From Macrostomum hystrix (Eukaryota > Animalia > Platyhelminthes), in contig CATNEN010000002.1 of the NCBI GenBank assembly GCA_950097015.1, positions 8,060,001-8,124,000 of the forward strand: DNA of 64,000 nucleotides. The letters run 5' to 3'. Below the pieces are notes generated by a model. The model saw only the letters and a list, made by a program, of their open reading frames with translations, made no database searches and had not been told where the DNA came from. Of this stretch, positions 49,148 through 59,032 are shown piece after piece; the stretch's first letter is position 1; every line of letters starts with the position of its first letter. A program made the position numbers and the translations under genes.

Positions 49148-50630
49148 GAGTTTGAATCATTGCAACAATAGAGTCTGAATCATGGCTAAACCAGAGTCTG
49201 AAACATGGCTAAACCAGAGTTTAAATCATGGCTAAACCAGAGTCTGAATCATGGCTAAACCAGAGTTTGAATCATGGCTAAACCAGAGTCTGAATCATGG
49301 CTAAACCAGAGTTTGAATCATGGCTAAACCAGAGTTTGAATCATGACTAAACCAGCGTTTGAATCATGGCTAAACCAACGTTTAAATCATGGCTAACCTA
49401 GAGTCTGAATCATGGCTAAACCAGAGTCTGAATCATGGCTAAACCAGAGTCTGAATCATGGCTAAACCAGAGTCTGAATCATGGCTAAACCAGAGTCTGA
49501 ATCATGGCTACACCAGAGTCTGAATCATGGCTAAACCAGAGTCTGAATCATGGCTAAACCAGAGTCAGAATCATGGCTAAACCAGAGTTTGAATCATGGC
49601 TAAACCAGAGTCTGAATCATGGCTAAACCAGAGTTTCAATCATGGCTAAACCAGCGTCTGAATCATGGCTAAACCAGAGTTTCAATCATGGCTAAACCAG
49701 AGTCTGAATCATGGCTAAACCAGAGTCTGAATCATGGCTAACCTAGAGTCTGAAAAATGGCTAAACCAGAGTTTCAATCATGGCTAAACCAGCGTCTGAA
49801 TCATGGCTAAACCAGAGTTTGAATCATGGCTTAACCAGAGTCTGAATCATGGCTAAACCAGAGTCTGAATCATGGCTTAACCAGAGTTTGAATCATGGCT
49901 AAACCAGAGTTTGAATCATGGCTAAACCAGAGTCTGAATCATGGCTAAACCAGAGTCTGAATCATGGCTAAGCCAACGTTTGAATCATGGCTAACCTAGA
50001 GTCTGAATAATGGCTAAACCAGAGTTTGAATCATGGCTAAACCAGCGTCTGAATAATGGCTAAACCAGAGTTTCAATCATGGCTAAACCAGCGTCTGAAT
50101 CATGGCTAAACCAGAGTTTGAATCATGGCTTAACCAGAGTTTGAATCATGGCTAAACCAGAGTTTGAATCATGGCTAAACCAGAGTCTGAATCATGGCTA
50201 AACCAGAGTCTGAATCATGGCTAAGCCAACGTTTGAATCATGGCTAACCTAGAGTCTGAATAATGGCTAAACCAGAGTTTCAATCATGGCTAAACCAGAG
50301 TCTGAATCATGGCTAAACCAGAGTCTGAATCATGGCTAAACCAGAGTCTGAATCATGGCTAAACCAGAGTCTGAATCATGGCTAAACCAGAGTTTCAATC
50401 ATGGCTAAACCAGAGTCTGAATCATGGCTAAACCAGAGTCTGAATCATGGCTAAGCCAACGTTTGAATCATGGCTAACCTAGAGTCTGAATAATGGCTTA
50501 ACCAGAGTTTGAATCAAGGCGAAACCAGAGTTTGAATCATGGCTAAATTAGAGTTTGAATCATGGTAAAACGAGAGTTTGAATCATAGCCCACCAGGGTT
50601 TAAAACATGGCGAAACCTGAGTTTGAATCT
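49148..50630. repeat. 23-bp minisatellite (GAATCATGGCTAAACCAGAGTCT)n
   Basis: Unit read directly; TCT/TTT and related variants. Confidence 0.95.
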
Positions 50631-50657
50631 TGGCTAACCCAGCGTTTGAAAAATCAA

Positions 50658-51914
50658 CGTCAACTGGGGAGTCATCATCAAAATGGGGATCAGGGTAAAC
50701 TGGGGGATAATCGTCAACTGGAGGATCTTGGTAAACTGGGGGATAATTGTCAACTGGGGGATCATTGTCAACTGGGGGATCGTTGTGAACTGGGGGATCA
50801 TTGTCAACTAGGGGGTAATGGTCAACTGGGGGATAATTGTCAACTGGGGAATCATCATAAAATGGGGGATCATGGTCAACTTGGGGATCATTGTCAACTG
50901 GGGGATCATTGTCAACTGTGGGATCATTGTCAACTGGGGGATCATTGTCAAATGAGGGATCATTGTCAACTGGGGGATCTTTGTCAACTGGGGGTTCATT
51001 GTCAACTGTGGGATCATTGTCAACCGGCGGGATCATTGTCAACTGTGGGATCATTGTCAACTGGGGGATCATTGTCAACTGGGGGATCATTGTCAAGTGG
51101 GTGATCATCATCAACTGGGGGATCATTGTCAACTAGGGGAACATTGTCAACTGGAGGAACATTGTTAACTAGGGATCATCATCAATGAGGAGACTTCATC
51201 AACTGGGGGATCATTGTGAACTGGGGGATCTTTGTTAACTGGGTGTTCATTGTCAACTGGGGGATCATTGTCAACTGGGGGATCATCGTCAACTGGGGGA
51301 TCATTGTCAACTGGAGGAACATTGTTAACTAGGGATCATCATCAATGGGGAGACTTCATCAACTGGGGGATCATTGTGAACTGGGGGATCTTTGTTAACT
51401 GGGGGATCATTGTCAACTGGGTGATCATCATCAACTGGGGATCATTGTCAACTGGAGAAACATTGTTAACTAGGGATCATCATTAATGGGGAGACTTCAT
51501 CAACTGGGGGATCATTGTGAACTGGGGGATCTTTGTTAACTGGGGGATCATTGTCAACTGGGGGATCATTCTCAACTGGGGGATCATTGTCAACTGGGGG
51601 ATCATTCTCAACAGGGGGATCATTGTGAACTGGGGGATCTATGTCAACTGGGGGATCATTGTCAACTGTGGGATCATTGTCAACTGGGGAATCATTGTCA
51701 AATGGGGGATCATTGTCAACTGGGGGATCGTTGTCAACTGGGGGTTCAATGTCAACTGGGGGTTTATTGTCAACTGGGGATCATTGTCAACTGGGGGATC
51801 ATTGTCAACTGTGGGATCATTGTCAACCGGCGGGATCATTGTCAACTGGGGGTTCATTGTCAACTGGGGGATCATTGTCAACTGGGGGATCATTGTCAAC
51901 TGGGGGTTCATTGT
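50658..51914. repeat. 18-bp minisatellite (GGGGGATCATTGTCAACT)n, more diverged copy
   Basis: Same unit as 1-2262, degenerate at its 5' edge. Confidence 0.95.
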
Positions 51915-52007
51915 AGCTTTAAAAAGCTGTAAATTTAGCTGCTAAAAAGTCTATACTAGACGAATTAAAAGTATTTCTGCTCCCCGAAGGGGGGCAAATC
52001 TTGCTAG

Positions 52008-52232
52008 TGTAAAAACTAAAGAGAAGAAGGGTAAATCCCGATTGGTGGGAAAGCACTGTGTGCAAAGTTGGGCAACTTCAGTCTATTGGAAGCCTTGAAA
52101 GACTGGGAACAAACCAGAGAGCCAGACAGTTGTGAGTAAGTAGAGGAGAGGAAGAAGTGTCTTGCCGCTCGGACACTCGTGAGAACGCTACCAAATTTTG
52201 GAAGGAAAGCAGCCTATCTGGCCAGTTTAAGC
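52008..52232 (+). mobile_element. Possible degenerate LTR remnant related to the Gypsy LTR
   Basis: Shares short boxes with Gypsy U5 (AAAGACTGG, CCGCTCG, ACGCTACC) in the same order; begins TG and may end CA at 52232. No PBS or TSD verified. Confidence 0.3.
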
Positions 52233-55200
52233 AATTTATGCATATGCAATAAGGGGATACATAGCTAGCCTATGAAGAATAACTAAGTCATAGACAAAGG
52301 AAACTAAGAATTATTTCAAGGATTAAGTCAAGGTATGAAATAAGCAATTGTTAATATTTAATAAAAGAGTATCTGAGGCATTTAAACCCAAAAGAGGAAA
52401 TAGCCTACAACACCTTAGTGGCAGCTGTAAGATTTAGTAGAGAGCCCTACAGCAACTTAGTGGCAGCTGTAAGATATTAGTAGAGAGCCCTACAACACTA
52501 TATACTTAGCTATAGTAAAGCATGACTGGTATTAGCAGCAAAGTAAGTAAGTTATTAGGTAATATAGTAGTTAGCTCAGCTTAGCTAGTAATAAGTAACT
52601 AATAAGCTAATTAGGGGCCTAACTAGAAAATAAAAAAACTACAACATAGTGACTTAAATATATCTATATACTGAACTAGATAGGCTAGCTAATGTTGGCC
52701 TTGTTAATGCTCATATTCATAAAAATAGGGTAGGCCTATATAAGATGTACATGGTATAAGCTAGTACACTGCTTTGCCTACAAGACTGTTTTATTTAGTA
52801 GAAAATTAATACCAAATTCATAAAAATAGCTAAACTAAGTGCTAGAAAGTAAAATAACCAAAAATGAGTTAGCATTTGAATCTGATTATTTTTATTATTA
52901 TCTACTACAAGCAAAAATAATCCTATTTACAACTGTGTCTAGGCCTATAATAAGCATTGACCTATCTCGCTCCTGACTACATGTATATCCATGTATGGGC
53001 TACATTATAATTACCATTGTCATTGATTCTCAAGCCAGTTTGGTAAAGAGCTTATAAAGCTAGGGCCTGATTTAGATGTTCATTTATTTAATTTATTCTT
53101 TCGAGCTTGCTTACAACTGGGCTCCTAGCTTTCTTTTCCATTTCAAATGGGTCGGCTTAAATTCTTGGCATGATTAAATTTCGCGCCAAATACCTTCCAT
53201 AGATTATACATTGAAGCCCTTTTAATCACTAGAAAGACATGTCGTAACGGCAGGCGACATGCCAAGCACCCGATCTAATCGGAACAAAAGCGTACCTTTT
53301 TACACGATTAAAAGCACGACAGTCGGTGGATTAAATACACACCCCCATTTCACACGTGGTGGGAATCATATTTTCTTGAGCAATTTAAATCTGAACATAA
53401 CAAAGTACTTTAGAACTTTGTGATAGATTAAAACTGTACTCAAATTTAAATACTAATTTGTCAAAAACAAACTAACCACGATTGCAGTGAATTGTCAGTT
53501 TAACTGTAATTTAAAGTAACGGTTTGAATTTGAATTTAATCTCCACTCCCACCTTCACTCCAAGGACCACTAGAAGAAGAGTCCTAGTGGTCCTTGCTTC
53601 ACTCATGCATACATTGAACAGATTTTAAATGGATCTCTTTTTATAGAAAATATCTATAAAAATCTTAAGCATCTATCTATACTAAAGACTACCATTTACT
53701 ACCCTTGAATAGAATGCTAGGCCTACTATAAACTTTAGACCCCTAACATAGTTAAAATCATTCTTTAAGGCATTTAGAACTAAAAGAGCTTGCTTTTATT
53801 TGTAAAATTTGTAACTGGGTCATGGGATATTATAAAAACAACCATTAAAAGATGTGTTTCCCTGTGACAAGGTTGTATCAGTGTAAAGGAAACCTCTTTT
53901 ATGTTCATTCGCATCTAGATTTTCCTTTCATGTTATCTTCTTGGCCTCTTAGAGCCCTACCTAGTAGTCAGAAGATTTTATGGGCAAAAAAATAAGCATT
54001 TCTGTTTATGTTAAGAACTCCCTATTCTTTGTTGTTGTCAGTTGTCACTGGGCAAATTTTGTATTGATAAATTTTAACTTAAAACCTGTCCCTCAATTTT
54101 TTGTTTTGTCTATAGATCTCTTCCTGCTGATGACTCTTATCTTGTCAACATTACAAAGTTGTGGCTTTGACAATTCAGGCTATTGCCTATTGGGTTAACT
54201 AATCTATCCAGCTCAATCCATTTAATTGGAGACTTTAATGCTCACTTTAATGCCCGATATATCTTGGCTGAAATCAAATGGCACAGATGCCCATGGATGC
54301 CCATTGTGATATTCTTAAACCAATTGGAAATTCTGATCACTGTCTGATCTCTTGTCATTTACCTAATTTGATGGGTAAATTTCAATTTCAATTCCATTTG
54401 ATCAGCAGGTATGGCAATGCTGTCCACTGCATTTTTGCAGCAAGTTTAAGATAGCAAGGATTCTAGTATAGGATGGGGTAATCTAAGTTGCCATTTTACA
54501 AGTTGCCATTATTGATTTTGCCCATTGTTTCTGTACCCACCTCTTCATCGAACTAATGATGTAGTTTAGCATTGCAGCAAACATGTTTTATAGGTTTTAT
54601 GACTGGACTTTTTAAAATTTTACACTAAACCTCTAGTCTTCATGTTTCATAGGAACTTATAGTTACTAGACTTTTTATAATCCCTCATTATTCCAAGCAT
54701 ACCAAGTGTTCTATTTATATACCTAACTATTTACTCTATAGGTAAGATAGGAAAAAGGTGGCATTACTGTTTAGATTAGGAACTCCCGATTTGCTTGTCA
54801 CTTGGCAAATTATTTTGTCATCTCCTTTCTGATGCTAATCTGGTCACAGATACCATTGGCCATATGGGGATTTTTCATGGCCCATAGCTCTAAAATGCAA
54901 GGGTGGTAGCAAAAAATGGATCTAAAATTTGCTTTTCAAATATATTGGCTAGTTCTCAGACTGGGAAGTCTGTGTAAATAATTTCTATTCAATTGTCTAT
55001 CTTGTTAAACCATGTTTTTGTTCAATTCAATAATTTTTCTTTAATGATTTAGTTTTGTAAGTCAAGTTTAATTGTAAATAATTTTGCTTTAGTTAGCTTT
55101 TCTTAGTTAGTTAGTAAAAAATAGTAATGAGCGATTTGGCAATGTGCTCATTTTTTTCAATATATTTTGTCACTAAGAATAGTGCTACACTATAATAATG

Positions 55201-55445
55201 GGGCTACAGTGTAGCAGTTAATTCTGTGGTTTATTATTAGATATTTTTTATATAGCCAACTTGACAGAATGCATCATTCAGGGTACTTTTCAATAACATG
55301 AGAAACCTTGCAAGATACGCAGTTTCAGGAAGATGTTCATTAGAAAAACTAAGGTATGGAAAAGTGGACCGTGATGGTACTTGTTCCAATTTTTTGTCCT
55401 CTGTGAGACTTTCTTTTGGAAGATGATGCTTGCTGCTATCCAACA

Positions 55446-55727
55446 CATACATGCGCAACACCCGGCCGACCCGGCCGAACCGGCCGGGTGAAATGAAGGC
55501 CAAGCAAGGTAAGTCGCAAAAACCAATAGACCAAGCGCAAAAAAATCAAAGGGGGGACCAAGGGACAAAAAAGGAAGGCGTGAAGAAAAGGAAAAAATGG
55601 GAGAGAAAAAGAGAGCAAATGAGAGCAAACTAAGTTGTAAATAGAGCAATGAAATGAACTAAGTCGCAAATGAGAGCAAAAACTAAGTCGCACGGCCAGC
55701 TAAGATTTGGGAGGTTGCGCATGTATG
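55446..55727. mobile_element. 282-bp MITE, 14-bp TIRs, 8-bp TSD (hAT- or P-type)
   Basis: CATACATGCGCAAC (55446-55459) / GTTGCGCATGTATG (55714-55727); ATCCAACA duplicated at 55438-55445 and 55728-55735. Confidence 0.88.
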
Positions 55728-56313
55728 ATCCAACAGATCAGTACTGCTCACTTCGATATCCCAAGTGCCGTCCCAAGAAGCAGCCGATGTCACTGTCAGG
55801 GTGCCGTCAAACAGTCAGGAGATGTTTAAACTTATTTTTGTTTGCCATTCGCCTCTTTTGCCTTTTTGCCTCTTTTGCCTAATTTGCCTCTTGCCATTCG
55901 TTCGTGAAAGTCCTGCATCATTTTGTAGAGATTGTTAAATTTGACTTCCAGACAACGTGGGCACCTCACTCCAACACACGACTTTAGGTAGTCAACAGCT
56001 GCACTTTTGCAGTTCAAGAAAGTAGCCAGAATCAGAAAAAACACACAAAACTGCAGGACATCTTCGCTGAGAGCAAAGGAGCTCTGCGCAGCAAGCTTGT
56101 TAATAGTAGCAAGCATTGTTCTTTTGAGCCAACTTAGATGGAGTACAAGAATGTCTTGCCTATCCAATGCATACTTATGCACCAAATTACAAGTTGTAGA
56201 CTTGCCACACCCTTTTGATGCAAGAAATAACTTACTCGGAAGGACATTGTCGTCAGGTTCAGGAGTCGCCGGTAATTCCGGATTCTTGACCATTTCCTGC
56301 AGGTCTTCTTTAC

Positions 56314-56626
56314 TGTACTGGAGCAATCCAAAAAAAGGCCAATAGCTAGTAGCTAATTATGCTGTGCTCAAAAACGGTAGGCAAATCGCGCTAACCAACC
56401 ACTTGAACCAGAGGGGGGAGCCTCCACAAGTTTATTATATAATTCAGTGCAAATAGGCTAAAACAGAGAGGGTGGGTGGACGATGCCACTGCACAATGCA
56501 AACAAGGGTTAGAGAAACAAGGTGAGTGCGCAGAGTGGAAGTGGATGTACAGTAATTGTAAATAAGATAGATTTAAATAAGCATACAGCGAGTCAGCAAC
56601 CAATCATACCACCTGTCTCCCAAACA
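56314..56626 (-). repeat. BEL/Pao 3' LTR
   Basis: 15 substitutions relative to 61378-61690; adjoins PPT AAGGTGGGGGGAA (minus strand, 56639-56627). Confidence 0.93.
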
Positions 56627-57390
56627 TTCCCCCCACCTTGACATGACAATGACAAAAAAACTATTCAATGACAAACAAAAATTGAACGAATGTCGAATCA
56701 ACAGCAACCTGCAAGGACTAAAGCTAACAACAAGCAATGCTAATACCTACTGGCACAAATACTTAGAGTACAAACATAAGTGTGTGGAATGCGGAACAAA
56801 GGATTATAATTAATATGGATCAAAAAATTTGCAAATAACTATTTATAACGCGATTTACTTCAACTGAAAAACTAGCGCAACAAACAAATGAAATACCGTC
56901 ACCAAATAGTCACAACATTTGTTACCTTGAAAAAAACAAAGAAACGACACTTAAATGAAATGATGGATTTTAATTAAATCTCAAGTCTACTCCAACCTCG
57001 TAAACAATGCTCAACTCTAAACCAGCCAGTACGCGTCACACCTGAAACGAAAAACTTACGCAGCAATATGTTTAAGCATTTAAATCAGCTTACATGTATG
57101 ATGTGCTCCTACTCTAAATTTGCAAACAAAAAATTCGAAACAGCAAAAAACTGACCAAAGCAAAAAAAACTATTTAGAAAATGCATCTTAACACTACCTT
57201 ACTTAAATATGCATGACAAAATAAACCCTAAACCAATATTGCAACGCTCTAATTAGAAACAACACCGCAGCATAAGAACAAAACAAAGTACGGAACAATA
57301 ACCAAAAATAATACGACTTAAATAGTCTGCAATCTCGCAATCAACTGACAGTCCAACGATTTTAACACTCCAGTTCAAACAAAAAAAACT

Positions 57391-58251
57391 TCAGCCAGCT
57401 GAAATCGGGCACAACTTCGTTATTGGTCGCGTCATTGTGCGGTCACCGACTCTGATCGTGGCGACTCTCACGTGACTGTCAGGGCCGCGAGTCACCTCTA
57501 ACACGCGAGCCAGCGGCCAATGACCTCGAGGCGAGTCCGGACTCATGAGCAGCGCCACGTCTGCGGGCTGTAGATCAGGAAGCTCTCGGCGCCACTTGCT
57601 GCGCGGCGCGAGTCCCGGCAGCCACTCACGCAACCACCGCCGCCAGACCTGCGCCACCAGCTGCTGAACATGTCGCCATCTTTTTGAAGGGCTGCGCGCG
57701 ATGTCCACGTCCACCTCCGGAGCTAACTGCCCACCGCCTTGACCGATGAGGAAGTGGTTTGGAGTCAGCGGAACGTCGTCGCTCGGATGGGCCGATTGGT
57801 AGGTCAGTGGTCTCGAATTTAACAGCGCTTTCGCTTCAGCAACGGCACTAAGCAGCTCCTCGTCCATGACGTCCGCCTCCTTCAACGTATTCCAAATAGC
57901 CTTCTTTGCCGCCTTTATCATTATTTCATGCACGCCGCCGAAGTGCGGAGCAGCGGGAGGATTGAAGTGCCATCGCATCTGCTGGTAGGCTGTCTGTTGC
58001 TGCAGCTTCTTGGTGTCCAACGCGTTGACCAGTTCCTGAAGTTCGCGCACAGCTTCGTACGCTTTCTCCGACGCATCCACAAACACGTGCAGACTGCCAT
58101 TTTTTGCCTCTGCCTCCTCCAGCGCCCTCGGTAGTCGGATCTCACTCAGTTGTTTCAGGTCTCTGCACCAATCGCTCACTCTCGCTAAGAGGTCCGCATT
58201 CAGCGTTTCGTCCCAATCGAGACCACACTGCCACAGCTCCTGCATCAACAT
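57391..58251 (-). pseudogene. pol: BEL/Pao RNase H N-part fused by deletion to integrase C-part
   Basis: LDWDE..LHVFVDASEKAY joined directly to RELQELV..WHFNPPAAPHFGGVHE..LNSRPL..LTPNHFL..WPLARV..RPITKLCP. Confidence 0.88.
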
Positions 58252-58261
58252 TTTTGCTTTG

Positions 58262-59032
58262 CTTGTTCGGGAGTTCTCTGCTGTCTAAGGTCACCTCAGC
58301 TGCTCGATCGTCCGGCGGCACTTGCTTGAGCACAGCTCTTGAATTCGACACCCACTTGCGCGCATGCATGCCGGCGCGTCTCCATAACTCTCTGAGCTGC
58401 TCGTACAACCGGCAGGCAGCGGCCTCGTTGGGTGCTGAGTCGAGACTGTCGTCCATGTATGTTGAGTGCAACACTGTCTCTGTCGCCTCCGGTAGCTCGC
58501 TTTTCAGTTTCTCGGCATGAGAGCGGATGACGAATTGTGCTAAGAACGGCGAGCTCGTAACTCCGAACACTACTCAATTGAACTCGTAAACATCCGACGG
58601 CCTGGAAGCGTCGGCATCCCGCCACAGGAAACTGTGCAGCGGCCTGTCCTTGGGCTCCATCTCGATTTGCAGGTACATCTCCGCGACATCGCATGCGATC
58701 GCGATGGGAAATCGACGGAACCGAAGCAGAACTTCAACCAGGTCACGCTGCAGCTTGGGACCCTGGAGGATCTGGTCATTCAAGGCGGCAGCTGACGCGT
58801 CGAACACAATCCGCACTTTTGTTGTCGCCTTATCCGGCCGCAGCACCGGGAAATGTGGCAGAAAACAGCGTTCTTCGTTCTCAGCTTGCGCAACCTTCCG
58901 GACATAGCCTTGCTGCACGTACTTGTCGATCACGGCTTGATACTGTCTGCGAATTTGCATGTCCTTCATCAGTCGCTGTTCGGTGTTCTTCAACACCGCT
59001 TCAAGGCCATTGGAAAAGTGTCTTTCGGACAC
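58262..59032 (-). pseudogene. pol: BEL/Pao reverse transcriptase with premature stop
   Basis: LPHFPV..TTKVRIVFDAS..LNDQILQGPKL..DVAEMYLQI; TGA at 58576-58574 where EFN-R-VVFG is expected; YMDD. Confidence 0.9.

Larger units (their letters stand above)
48501..52007 (+). mobile_element. Complete non-autonomous Helitron (family B), ~3.5 kb
   Basis: TC start with the shared 5' motif; internal 23-bp and 18-bp arrays; hairpin GCTCCCC-GAA-GGGGGGC 51979-51995; CTAG 52004-52007 followed by T. Confidence 0.88.

Noticed and set aside
52404-52498. ~42-bp direct duplication (CCTACA...TTAGTGGCAGCTGTAAGAT...TAGTAGAGAGC)
   Set aside because: Two imperfect copies only; ordinary slippage duplication with no further structure.
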